A DNA stretch of 64,000 nucleotides from assembly GCA_965227515.1 (NCBI GenBank), contig CBDDFZ010000001.1, positions 832,001-896,000 of the forward strand, written 5' to 3'. Shown here piece by piece: positions 49,140-58,746 of this stretch. The stretch comes from Alphaproteobacteria bacterium (lineage in GTDB: Bacteria; Pseudomonadota; Alphaproteobacteria; CALKHQ01). The notes beneath the pieces are model-generated. The model searched no databases. It was not told where the DNA came from and worked only from the letters and a program-made list of their open reading frames with translations. Made by a program: the position numbers and the translations under genes. Position 1 is the stretch's first letter. Every line of letters begins with the position of its first letter.

Positions 49140-50807
49140 CTAAGGGATCAAAACGTAATCGGAGGCGTCGACCTGCCCAGCGGCGCCGACCAGGCGCACC
49201 GTGTCGATGTAGGTCCAGGCGGCATCGAACATATCGATGTAGGCGTCGGCCCCGGCGTCGTTCACCACCACATTGTCCACCCCATAGAGCTCGATCAGGT
49301 CCAGCCCGTCCTGAAAGTCCTTGATGGTGTCGTAGCCGTGCCCGGCGCCGGTGTCGGTGATGCGGAAGATGTCGGCACCGCCGTCGCCGATCAGGGTATC
49401 GTCGCCGGAGCCGCCGTCCAGCGTGTCGCTGCCGGCACCGCCGCGAAGCTGGTCGTTGCCGTCCAGCCCGTACATATCGTCGTCGCCGGCCCGCCCCTCG
49501 AAGCGGTTGCTGTTGGCATCGCCATAGAGGCTGTCGTCGGCGCTGCCGCCGATGGCGCCTTCCATCTCGATCAAGGTCTGGAACCGCGCGAAGCCATCTG
49601 ACCCGTACATCGAGAACAGGTCGACGAACACGTCGGTGGTGGCGGCGCTGAAGTCGGCGGTGTCCAGGCCGGCCCCGCCGATCAGCACGTCGCCGCCATA
49701 GCCGGTGCCGCCGTCCAGCAGATCGTTGCCCCGGTTGCCGATGAGGGTGTCGTCGCCGTCGCGCCCGATCAGCGTGTCGCTGCCGCCGCCGCCGCGGATG
49801 ACGTTGCGGCCGGCATCGCCGGCGATGATGTCCGCCCCGCTGCCGCCGGTGACGTTCTCGATGTCCTGCAACTGGTCGATGCCGGTGCTGCCGCTGGCGA
49901 TGGCCTGGTCGACCGCGCGCTCCAGGTCGATATCCAGGTCGTCGCCGGAGTTGCCATAGTCGGCGAGGTCGATGCCGTCGCCGCCGGCCAGGGCGTCATT
50001 GCCCGTGCCGCCGCGCAGGGTGTCGTCGCCGACGTCGCCGAACAGGTCGTCGTCGCCACCGCGCCCGACCAGCGTATCGTCGCCGGCCAGCCCCCACAGG
50101 TACTGATCGTCGCCGTCGCCGCGCAGGATGTCGTCCTCATAGGTGGCCCAATATTCCTCGAACCCGGTAACGGAGGCGGTCAGCAGCCCGCCATGGGATA
50201 CCAGCTCGTTGCCGGTATCGAGCAGGTCCAGCTCGGCGCCGTCCGCGTTGTAGATCAGCAGCAGCCGGTCGCCAGTACCGGCGCCACCGTCAAGCACGTG
50301 GTCGCCGTACCCGTGGATGTAGACGTCGTCGTCGCCGTCACCGGCGAAAATGGTGTGGTCGCCGCCAAGTGCCGCATCGACGGTGAACCAGTCATCGCCC
50401 GCCCCGCCATAGGCGGTGTCGCTGCCGCCGCCGACGACGATCTGCAGGATGTTGCCGGTCGGCGCCGCGCCGGAGGCGTCGATGATGTCGTCGCCGGCGC
50501 TGGCGAAGACGGTGAACCAGGAATTCGGCGCGCCGGTGCCGCCCTGGGCGACCATCGCGGTGTCGATCTCGATGCTGGCCGCGCCGTCGAGCTGGATGTT
50601 CTCGATGCCGGACATGCCGGCAAAGTCGGCGGCGGCGTAGGTGCCGCCCCCGAGATGGACCGTGTCGAGGTCGCCGCTGCCGCTGCTCAGCCCGCCGGCG
50701 ATGATGTCGCCGCCGGAAAGCGTCGTGGGGTTGAGAAAGAAGTCGTCGGCCAGATAGTCGGCGCCATTGAAGACGTCGAGGCCGGCCGTTCCGGTGAAGG
50801 TTGTCAT
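49140..50807 (-). CDS. RTX-type calcium-binding secreted protein
   Basis: Many GGxGxDxL nonapeptides, IENV.G.SG.D, C-terminal D.IKDF..G.D.I T1SS-type tail. Confidence 0.9.
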   Translation of the reverse strand: MTTFTGTAGLDVFNGADYLADDFFLNPTTLSGGDIIAGGLSSGSGDLDTVHLGGGTYAAADFAGMSGIENIQLDGAASIEIDTAMVAQGGTGAPNSWFTVFASAGDDIIDASGAAPTGNILQIVVGGGSDTAYGGAGDDWFTVDAALGGDHTIFAGDGDDDVYIHGYGDHVLDGGAGTGDRLLLIYNADGAELDLLDTGNELVSHGGLLTASVTGFEEYWATYEDDILRGDGDDQYLWGLAGDDTLVGRGGDDDLFGDVGDDTLRGGTGNDALAGGDGIDLADYGNSGDDLDIDLERAVDQAIASGSTGIDQLQDIENVTGGSGADIIAGDAGRNVIRGGGGSDTLIGRDGDDTLIGNRGNDLLDGGTGYGGDVLIGGAGLDTADFSAATTDVFVDLFSMYGSDGFARFQTLIEMEGAIGGSADDSLYGDANSNRFEGRAGDDDMYGLDGNDQLRGGAGSDTLDGGSGDDTLIGDGGADIFRITDTGAGHGYDTIKDFQDGLDLIELYGVDNVVVNDAGADAYIDMFDAAWTYIDTVRLVGAAGQVDASDYVLIP

Positions 50808-50949
50808 GGGGGTGCTCCGGGTTGCCGCAAGTGCCCTGAACAGGCTCAGCGTCGTGCCGATTGGCACCACGCCCCGGTGCTACGCGCGCAGGCGAATGAC
50901 CCTGCGCGCCAGGCGCTCAAATCACGGAATCACCCCGGATGGGGCGGGA

Positions 50950-51477
50950 TCAGGGCAGGTGGTCTTCCGCCCAGCCGATGCGGAAATAGCCGGTACCCTC
51001 AATGGTCAGGCACGGCAGGTCGACGCCCAGCTCCGCCATCGGGTCGTGCTCGGACGCGCAGGCGGCGGCCGGATCGACGAAGATGGTGCCGCCTGTTTCC
51101 AGCACCCGCTCGGTGCCGCCGACCAGGTCGCAGGCGATGGCATCGCAGGCACAAGCGCCGCCGGTGATGACCGTGCGCTCGGCCTCGCTCAGCACCACCA
51201 TGCCGTCCTCGACCGCCCAGGTGCCGGCGCGGCGGGGCACCGTTTCCTCATGCAGCGCGCCATCGGCCTCGCACAGATACTGGTCGCCGAATTCCCAGCG
51301 GCCGTCGCGGAACAGCGCGAAGTGGTCGGCATAGCCAGCGCCGATGCCGCCGGGCGTGATGTAGTAGAAGCCGGCGAGGTCGTCCTGGCCGAACGCGGAG
51401 CCGCTGCCTGCCAGTAACAGCGCGGCGAAGGCTATCGGCGGCAGGCGGTCAGTTCGACGCTTCGCGCAGCTTGGCAT
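50950..51477 (-). CDS. Hypothetical exported Cys-containing protein
   Basis: Hydrophobic signal-like segment then acidic domain with six Cys; start uncertain, overlaps 3' end of cNMP gene. Confidence 0.5.
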   Translation of the reverse strand: MPSCAKRRTDRLPPIAFAALLLAGSGSAFGQDDLAGFYYITPGGIGAGYADHFALFRDGRWEFGDQYLCEADGALHEETVPRRAGTWAVEDGMVVLSEAERTVITGGACACDAIACDLVGGTERVLETGGTIFVDPAAACASEHDPMAELGVDLPCLTIEGTGYFRIGWAEDHLP

Positions 51478-51892
51478 TTGTCACCTCCAGCCGGTGCGCC
51501 AGCTCGCGCATGATCTCGATCGCCATCTGGGGGAACTCGGTGATCAGGCGGAAGAACAGGTCCTTCGAGATCTTCAGGGTCTCGAGGTCGGAATTCGCGG
51601 TGACGGTGGCGGTTCGCGGCACGTCGCACAGGATCGCGATCTCGCCGACGAAGTCGTTGCGCCCCAGATTGGCCACCCGGATCGCGCCCTGCGGGCTGGC
51701 GATGTCCACGCCGGCCTCGCCGTCGATGATGATGTAGGCGGCATCGCCGGGCTCGCCCTGCTTGAACAGGGTGCGGCCGGAGCCGAATTTCAGGCGCTCG
51801 CTGGTGAAGGCCAAAAGCTTCAGCTTCGAAGGCTCAAGATTGGCGAACAGAGGTATGCGGCGCAGCAGGTCGACTTCTTCTTGCAAGCTCAC
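51449..51892 (-). CDS. Stand-alone cyclic-nucleotide-binding domain protein
   Basis: LRRIPLF, LF.QGE.GD.AY.I..G, phosphate-binding cassette GEIAIL..VPRTATV; no HTH. Confidence 0.9.
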   Translation of the reverse strand: MSLQEEVDLLRRIPLFANLEPSKLKLLAFTSERLKFGSGRTLFKQGEPGDAAYIIIDGEAGVDIASPQGAIRVANLGRNDFVGEIAILCDVPRTATVTANSDLETLKISKDLFFRLITEFPQMAIEIMRELAHRLEVTNAKLREASN

Positions 51893-51964
51893 CGGTCATC
51901 TCCCCCTTCACGCGTCTGCCGCTTGCGTCCAAGCGGCATCTGACAGACTAGAGCACTATTCGGT

Positions 51965-52055
51965 TGATCTGCGCCAGCCCTCTCCCCCACCCGGCCGCCC
52001 AGACAGGATACGATCGTTGGCCGGCCGGGTGGCGGAGAGGGCTGGAGCCGACCTA
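51965..52055. repeat. Family A hairpin repeat, copy 6
   Basis: CCAGCCCTCTCCCCCACCCGGCCG / CGGCCGGGTGGCGGAGAGGGCTGG. Confidence 0.85.
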
Positions 52056-52097
52056 GCTTAGGCAAAAACCGATCTGGCGCGAGCTTCGGCATGTTCG

Positions 52098-54755
52098 CTA
52101 CTCCGATGCGATCAGGTCGTTCAGCGCCGACCCTTCGCCGCTCAGGTCTTCGTAACTGCCGGACTCGATCAGCCGCCCGCCCGACATCACCATGACGTGC
52201 TGGAAGTACATGGCGTGGCCCGGCCGGTGCAGCACCCACAACATGCCCTGGTCCTCGCGCAGCTTGATCAGGTTTTCCATCAGGCGGGTGTGGGTCGGCC
52301 CGTCCAGCGCCGACGTGGCCTGGTTCAGGATCAACAGCTTCGGGCGCTTGAGCAGCGAGCGCGCGATGGCGACCTTCTGGCGCTGGACGCTGGACAGGCG
52401 CGCGCCGGCGACACCGGCCTGATAGGTCGTGCCCACCCGCATCACGCTCTTGCGCAGGTCGCGCGCGTCCAACACCTCGCCGACCAGCGTGCCGATGCGC
52501 TGCTCGGCCTCCGGCTGGCCATAGGCAATCTTGCCGAACAGGATGTTGTCCTGGATCGAGGCCGGCGCGTTGTACTCGTCCGGTGCGTAGAACGCGATGC
52601 GGCCGTTCAGGTCCGCCGGCAGATTGTCGTGGAACAGCTTGCGCGCCGCCACCAGCTTCGTCTCGATGGTTTCGTCGATCAGACCCAGGCGATGGCGCGC
52701 CGGAATGATCTTGAACGGCAGCGACAGCAGCCGGTCGCGGTCCTCGTCCTGCAGCTCCTCCAGCGAGCCGCGGCCAACCCGGTTCAGGATCGACTGGAAC
52801 TCCGGCAGGTCGTCGGACTGGATGAAGCTGAACTGCTCGAAGAACTCGTGGCCCGGCGGCAGGTCGGCGAACAGCTCGACCATCGTCTCGGCGACCTGCC
52901 GGCCCATGTTCAGGAAGGTTCCGGTCAGGTCCGCCTTGTCCAGCACCCAGCGGACATATTCGTGGTTGGCGACCCGATCGACGTCGATGGCGTCGCCGAC
53001 CGGATTGCCGAACAACAGGTTTTCCGCCACCGAGGCATTGCTGTTGTAGCTGTCGCGGTCGAAGCGCTCGACCAGGGCGCCGTCGTCGGGGTGCTCGGCC
53101 AGCGTGTCGCGCAGGGCCGCGCGCGCGTCCAGGATGTTGCTGGCGATATCGGCCTGGCGCTCCGGGTCGATGTGGCCGCGCAGGCCGAACTTGTAGATGT
53201 CCTGTTCCAGCTCGACCGCGCGCAGGATTTCCAGCGCTGCCTCGATCAGGCCCTCGCGGTCCTCGACCCCGGCGGCGGCGTAGTCGATCCAGTCCAATTC
53301 GGAATCGTAGGGCGAGTTGCCCGCGTGCATCGCCTCGGCAAGCCATGCCTTGCGGTCGTCGTCGGCGCTCGCCTCGGCGCCCGCGTTCGGCCGGTGGCGC
53401 AGCCCGTAGGTCAGGTTTTCGGCCACCGAAGCGGCGAACAGATAGGCCGACGGGCCGACATAGCCGATATCGCGGCCGATGATCGCCTCCGGGATCGTCG
53501 CGGCCGGCTGGTCGCCAAAGCTCAGCGAACCGCTGGTCGGCGCCAGCAGCCTTGCGACCAGCAGCGCCAGATCGTCCTTGCCGCTGGCACCGTCGCCGAC
53601 CACGGCCACGTGCTTGTCCATCGGCAGGGTGGCCGAGACCGCCTGGATGCGCGGGCTGCCGTCCTCGTCCGCCAGGCCGGTGTTCGACAGCGTAATCGGG
53701 CCCGACAGCGGTGGCGCGTCCTCGGCCGGCGCCTCCTGCTGCGCCTCGTCCATCAGGCCGGGCGGGTCGAACTGCTCGATCACCTGCTCGTACTTGATCC
53801 GGGAGTCGGCCTGAAGTTGGTAGAAGGCCAGCAGCTCCTTCCACGGGCCGGACAGGTCCTTGTAGGCGGCCAGAACCGCCACCAGGGCGCCGAACGTCAG
53901 GTCGCCGTTGATCACCAGGTAGCCGCCGACCGAGTAGAAGAAGAAGGGCGTCAGCTGGGCGATGAAGTTATTGAGAAACTTGATGAAATACTTGCGGCGG
54001 AAAATCTCGTAGCGGATCTCGTAGATGGTGCCCAGGCGGTCGGAGATATCGGTCCGCTCCAGCGCGGACGTGTCGTGGGCATGCACCTCGCCCACCCCGG
54101 CGATGGTCTCGCCGATGCGGTCGGCCAGCTTGCGCACGGTCCGCACCCGTCTCTTGGCGAGTTGGTTGACCCGCGCCTGCAGCTTCGGGATCAGGTACAT
54201 CTGGATCGGGTAGAGCGAGATCGCCAGCACACCCAGCATCCAGTCCTGGATCATCATGAAGCCGATCAGGGTCAGCAGGTAGCCGCCCTGGAACGCCGGC
54301 GTGATGATCGCCGCCCCCATGAACCCGCCAAGCGGCTCCACCTCCGACGTGATCATCGGGATGATCTCGCCCTGGCTGACCTTGCGGAAGTGGGGCAGCG
54401 GAAACCGCAGGATGCGGCCGTAGAGCGTGTAGCGCAGCCGGCGCAGCAACTGCTCGCCCAGCCGTCCCTGGGAGACGTTCAGGTAGTATTTGATGCCGCC
54501 GTTGATCACCACCATCAGCAGGAACAGCAGGCTGAGCACGATCAGGAAGGTGATCTGGTCGAAGTCGATCGTGATGTCGGTGAACGGCACGGTCAGAAAA
54601 TACGGATCCTGACCGCCGATGGCTTCATTGACGATGACTTTCGGCAGGTCGAGCGAGAAATACAGCACCGGAAACGTCAGCACGGTAACGAACAGCAGCC
54701 AGATTTGCTGCCCGGACGAATGGCGCCAGATGTAGCGGTAGATATTTTGGTCCAT
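52098..54755 (-). CDS. ABC exporter (TMD + NBD) with large NBD insertion and degenerate catalytic motifs
   Basis: Six-TM ABC membrane domain; Walker A GDGASGKD; signature LSSVQRQK; Walker B LLILNQAT. Confidence 0.85.
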   Translation of the reverse strand: MDQNIYRYIWRHSSGQQIWLLFVTVLTFPVLYFSLDLPKVIVNEAIGGQDPYFLTVPFTDITIDFDQITFLIVLSLLFLLMVVINGGIKYYLNVSQGRLGEQLLRRLRYTLYGRILRFPLPHFRKVSQGEIIPMITSEVEPLGGFMGAAIITPAFQGGYLLTLIGFMMIQDWMLGVLAISLYPIQMYLIPKLQARVNQLAKRRVRTVRKLADRIGETIAGVGEVHAHDTSALERTDISDRLGTIYEIRYEIFRRKYFIKFLNNFIAQLTPFFFYSVGGYLVINGDLTFGALVAVLAAYKDLSGPWKELLAFYQLQADSRIKYEQVIEQFDPPGLMDEAQQEAPAEDAPPLSGPITLSNTGLADEDGSPRIQAVSATLPMDKHVAVVGDGASGKDDLALLVARLLAPTSGSLSFGDQPAATIPEAIIGRDIGYVGPSAYLFAASVAENLTYGLRHRPNAGAEASADDDRKAWLAEAMHAGNSPYDSELDWIDYAAAGVEDREGLIEAALEILRAVELEQDIYKFGLRGHIDPERQADIASNILDARAALRDTLAEHPDDGALVERFDRDSYNSNASVAENLLFGNPVGDAIDVDRVANHEYVRWVLDKADLTGTFLNMGRQVAETMVELFADLPPGHEFFEQFSFIQSDDLPEFQSILNRVGRGSLEELQDEDRDRLLSLPFKIIPARHRLGLIDETIETKLVAARKLFHDNLPADLNGRIAFYAPDEYNAPASIQDNILFGKIAYGQPEAEQRIGTLVGEVLDARDLRKSVMRVGTTYQAGVAGARLSSVQRQKVAIARSLLKRPKLLILNQATSALDGPTHTRLMENLIKLREDQGMLWVLHRPGHAMYFQHVMVMSGGRLIESGSYEDLSGEGSALNDLIASE

Positions 54756-55041
54756 GCGCGTCCTGGGCGCGTTCTGGCGCCTGCGTGTCGACCGGTTTCC
54801 CGATTCTCAGACACCCGCACATGGCGGGCGGTCACAGGTATAGATCATTTTCAGCCATGGGGAAATCGGCTGCCGCAAGGCAGAATTGGCGGCGTCATGT
54901 GTTGGTCGCGGGCGGGCTTGCGTGCCATAGTGCCCGCGCCTGCGCACGCAGGGCCGGCCGACACCGGCTGCGGCGGTTGCGTCCGATCGGGAAACCGGGT
55001 GGCAGGGGAGGCCGCCCGAAAGGCGACGTGGGGGAGGGACG

Positions 55042-56265
55042 ATGGAGGCGACGGCGAGCATCCGCATCCTGATCTATAGCCACGACACGTTCGGCCTCGG
55101 CCACTTGCGCCGGTGCCGCGCCATCGCCCACGCCATGGTCGAGCGCAACAAGAACCTGTCGGTGCTGATCCTGTCCGGTTCGCCGATCATCGGCAGCTAC
55201 GACTTCCGCGCCCGGGTCGATTTCGTGCGCGTGCCCGGCGTCATCAAGTTGAGGAACGGCGAGTACACGTCGCTGTCGCTGCTGGTCGACACCCAGCAGA
55301 CACTGGACATCCGGGAATCGATCATCCGCCACACCGCCGAGATCTTCGACCCGCACCTGTTTCTGGTCGACAAGGAGCCGCTTGGCCTGCGCGGTGAGGT
55401 GAAGCCCACCCTGGAGGTGCTGAAACACCGCGGCACGCGCCTGGTGCTCGGCCTGCGCGACGTGATGGACGAACCGGCCAGCCTGGCGCCGGAATGGCAG
55501 CGCAAGAACGTGATGCCCGCGCTGCAATACCTCTACGACGACATCTGGGTCTATGGGCTGCGCGAGATCTGCGATCCGCTGGAAGGGCTGTCGATCCCGC
55601 CATCGGTCCGCGCGAAGATGCAATACACCGGCTATCTGCAGCGCAGCCTGCCGGCCACCGCCAGCGGTGCCGAGCTGGATGAGCGCATCGGCCGGCGCTA
55701 TGTGCTGGTGACGGCTGGCGGCGGCGGCGACGGCGAGAGCCTGATCGACTGGGTGATCTCCGCCTACGAGCACGACCCGACGCTGGAGCCGGCCGCGCTG
55801 ATTGTGTTCGGGCCGTTCATGGCGCCGGACCATCGCGACGCCTATCTGGCGCGGATCTCCAAGCTGGACAATGTCGGCGCCCTGGTGTTCGACGCCCATA
55901 TCGAATCCCTGATCGACGACGCCGTCGGCATGGTCACCATGGGCGGCTACAACACGTTCTGCGAGATCCTGTCGTTCGACAAACCGGCGGTGATCGTGCC
56001 GCGCACGGAGCCACGCATGGAACAGTACATTCGGGCCGAGCGGGCGGAGGCGCTGGGCCTGGCCCAGATGCTGCCCGACGACGGCAGCCGCGTGCCGCAG
56101 GCAATGGCCGATGCCATTCGCCAGTTGCCGCATCGCCGCAAGCCGTCGAGCGCGATGATCCCCGGCATGCTGGACGGGTTGGACATGGTGAACCGGTTGA
56201 TGCTGCGCGCCATCGGCCAGCCCGACCACGGCCTTGAGGATGTAGCCCGGCGGGTCGGGTCGTGA
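55042..56265 (+). CDS. GT-B glycosyltransferase (COG4671/GT28-like)
   Basis: YSHDTFGLGHLRR, VDKEP.G, LGLRD, VTAGGGGDG, MGGYNT..EI, VPR..PR.EQ. Confidence 0.87.
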   Translation: MEATASIRILIYSHDTFGLGHLRRCRAIAHAMVERNKNLSVLILSGSPIIGSYDFRARVDFVRVPGVIKLRNGEYTSLSLLVDTQQTLDIRESIIRHTAEIFDPHLFLVDKEPLGLRGEVKPTLEVLKHRGTRLVLGLRDVMDEPASLAPEWQRKNVMPALQYLYDDIWVYGLREICDPLEGLSIPPSVRAKMQYTGYLQRSLPATASGAELDERIGRRYVLVTAGGGGDGESLIDWVISAYEHDPTLEPAALIVFGPFMAPDHRDAYLARISKLDNVGALVFDAHIESLIDDAVGMVTMGGYNTFCEILSFDKPAVIVPRTEPRMEQYIRAERAEALGLAQMLPDDGSRVPQAMADAIRQLPHRRKPSSAMIPGMLDGLDMVNRLMLRAIGQPDHGLEDVARRVGS

Positions 56266-57593
56266 GCATGGCGGACGTGATGAACCGGCCCGGTGGCGGG
56301 CGCCTCGCCGTGGTGGTGAAGGGCTATCCCAGGCTGAGCGAGACCTTCATCGCGCAGGAAATTCATGGCCTGCAGAAGCGCGGCATCCCGCTGGTCATCG
56401 TTTCGCTGCGGCACCCCTACGACCCCGGCACCCACCCCATCCACGACCAGATCGACGCGCCGGTGATCTACCTGCCGGAGTACCTGGAGGACGACCGCGA
56501 GCGGGTGCGGCGCGCCTGGCGCACGGTGCGCGAGCGGCCCGGCTATCGCGAGGCCTGGAACACCTTCCGCGCCGATTTCGCCCGCGACCGCACCGACAAT
56601 CGGATCAGGCGCTTCGGCCAGGCCATGGTGATGGCGGCGGAACTCCCGGAGGATGTGAGCGCGATCTACGTCCACTTCCTGCACACGCCGGCCTCGGTCG
56701 GCCGCTATGGCGCGCGGATTCTGGGGCTGCCCTGGGCTTGCTCCGCCCATGCCAAGGACGTGTGGACCACGCCGGAGTGGGAGATTCGCGAGAAACTGGC
56801 CGACATGGAATGGCTGGTCACCTGCACCAAGATCAACGCCGAGCACTTGCGCGGCCTGGCGGATGATCCGGACAAGGTGTCGCTGCTGTACCACGGCATC
56901 GATCTCGATCGTTTCGGCGAGGTCCAGGGCTCGGGCGAAGTGCGCACCGGTTTCGATCCGGACAAGCCGGTACGCCTGTTCAGCGTCGGCCGGGTGGTGC
57001 CGAAGAAGGGGTTCGACGACCTGATCCGCGTGCTCGCCAGCCTGCCGCGCACCCTGCACTGGCACTGGACCCACATCGGCGGCGGCGCCCAACTGGAAGA
57101 GATGAAGCACCTGGCGCGGGGTCTCGGCATCGCCGACCGGGTCGACTGGCTGGGACCGCAGAACCAGGACGTGGTGCTGCTGGGCTACCGGTCTTCGGAG
57201 CTGTTCGTGCTGCCGTGCAAGATCGCGGAGGACGGCGACCGCGACGGGCTGCCCAACGTGCTGATGGAGGCGCAGAGCCAGGCGCTGTGCTGCCTGTCGA
57301 CCGATGTCTCCGCGGTGCCGGAGCTGATCGAGGATGGCGTCACCGGCGTGCTGGTGCCGCCGGGCGACAAGATGAGGCTGGCCGAGCAGTTGATCCGGCT
57401 GATCGGCTCGCCCGGCCTGCGCGGGCAGCTTGGCCGCAATGGCGCCGCCAATGTGCGCAACCGCTTCAACCACGAGGACGGCATCGGCGGCCTGGCCGAC
57501 CGGCTGAACCGCCTGCGCGGCGCCGATCCGGCGGCCGTGCGCGCCCCGGGCTCCGGCGCGGCACCCGACCTGACGCCCGCCAACCAGCCCTGA
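56262..57593 (+). CDS. GT4-family glycosyltransferase
   Basis: KGYPRLSETFI..E, SAHAKD, VGR.V.KKG, DGDRDGLPNVLMEA. Confidence 0.9.
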   Translation: MSMADVMNRPGGGRLAVVVKGYPRLSETFIAQEIHGLQKRGIPLVIVSLRHPYDPGTHPIHDQIDAPVIYLPEYLEDDRERVRRAWRTVRERPGYREAWNTFRADFARDRTDNRIRRFGQAMVMAAELPEDVSAIYVHFLHTPASVGRYGARILGLPWACSAHAKDVWTTPEWEIREKLADMEWLVTCTKINAEHLRGLADDPDKVSLLYHGIDLDRFGEVQGSGEVRTGFDPDKPVRLFSVGRVVPKKGFDDLIRVLASLPRTLHWHWTHIGGGAQLEEMKHLARGLGIADRVDWLGPQNQDVVLLGYRSSELFVLPCKIAEDGDRDGLPNVLMEAQSQALCCLSTDVSAVPELIEDGVTGVLVPPGDKMRLAEQLIRLIGSPGLRGQLGRNGAANVRNRFNHEDGIGGLADRLNRLRGADPAAVRAPGSGAAPDLTPANQP

Positions 57594-57600
57594 TAGTCCC

Positions 57601-58746
57601 GTGCGCGTCGCCTTCTATGCGCCACTGAAGGCGCCGGTCCATCCGGTGCCGTCCGGCGACCGGCGCATGGCGCGCCTGCTGTTCCAGGCGCTGCGGACCG
57701 GCGGCCACGATGTCGAACTGGCCTCGACCCTGCGCGCCTACTGTGCTTCGCCGGACTTGCTTGGCGAACGACAGCGCGCGGCGGAAGCGGCGGCGGCACG
57801 ATTGGCCGGCGGTTTGCGTGCCCGGCCGATGCGCGACCGGCCGCGGGCGTGGCTGACCTATCACCTCTATTACAAGGCGCCGGACTGGATCGGCCCCACC
57901 GTCGCCCGCGCGCTCGAGGTGCCGTACCTGGTGGTCGAGGCGTCCTCGGCCCCGAAGCGCCTGGCCGGCCCATGGGCGCCCGGCGAGCGGGCAGTGGCGG
58001 CGGCGCTGGCGCGCGCCGAGGCGGTGCTTTCGCTGAACCCGCGCGACGACGACGGTGTGATCGCCCATCTCGACCGTAGCGACCGCCTGTTCCGGTTGCC
58101 GCCGTTCCTGGACGTGACGGCCTATGCCGATGCGCCGGCACGGCGGGAACGGGCGCGCGCGGACCTCGCGGCCGAATACGGCCTGCCATTGGATGGCACG
58201 CCCTGGCTTGCCACCGTCGCGATGATGCGTTCGGGCGACAAGCTCGCCTCCTACCGTCTGCTGGCGGCGGCGCTGGACCGGCTGGCCGGCACGCCGCTGC
58301 GGCTGCTGGTCGCGGGCGATGGCGAGGCCCGCGCGGAGGTGGCGGCGTTGCTCGGCAACCGCGCCGTCTTTCTGGGCGAGCTCGGTCCCGACCGGCTGCT
58401 CGACCTCTATGCCGCGGCCGACCTCTATGTCTGGCCGGCGGTCAACGAGGCATTCGGCATGGCGTTCCTGGAGGCACGCGCCGCCGGCCTGCCCGCGGTC
58501 GGCGGCAACGAGGGCGGCGTCGCCGGCGTGATTTCCGACGGCGAGACCGGTCTTTTGGCGAATCCGCGCGACCCGGATGCGCTTGCCGATTCCATTCTGT
58601 CGCTATTGCGCTATCCTGAAACCCTGCGGCGGATGTCGCGGGAAGCACTCCGGTCCGCCGCGGCCGACCACAATATCGATCAGGCAGCGCAGCGGCTGAC
58701 CGCAGCCATTGCGTTCGCACGTGAAAACCGCCGAACGGGCTCATGA
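57601..58746 (+). CDS. GT4-family glycosyltransferase
   Basis: FYAPLK...HPVPSGDRRMA, YHLYYKAPDW, EAFGMAFLEA..AGLP. Confidence 0.88.
   Translation: MRVAFYAPLKAPVHPVPSGDRRMARLLFQALRTGGHDVELASTLRAYCASPDLLGERQRAAEAAAARLAGGLRARPMRDRPRAWLTYHLYYKAPDWIGPTVARALEVPYLVVEASSAPKRLAGPWAPGERAVAAALARAEAVLSLNPRDDDGVIAHLDRSDRLFRLPPFLDVTAYADAPARRERARADLAAEYGLPLDGTPWLATVAMMRSGDKLASYRLLAAALDRLAGTPLRLLVAGDGEARAEVAALLGNRAVFLGELGPDRLLDLYAAADLYVWPAVNEAFGMAFLEARAAGLPAVGGNEGGVAGVISDGETGLLANPRDPDALADSILSLLRYPETLRRMSREALRSAAADHNIDQAAQRLTAAIAFARENRRTGS

Noticed and set aside
46890-49601. 903-aa plus-strand ORF
   Set aside because: Antisense shadow of the CitE, MFS and RTX genes; Arg/Gly/Ala/His-rich with no motifs, typical of high-GC DNA
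52197-55079. 960-aa plus-strand ORF
   Set aside because: Antisense shadow of the ABC exporter
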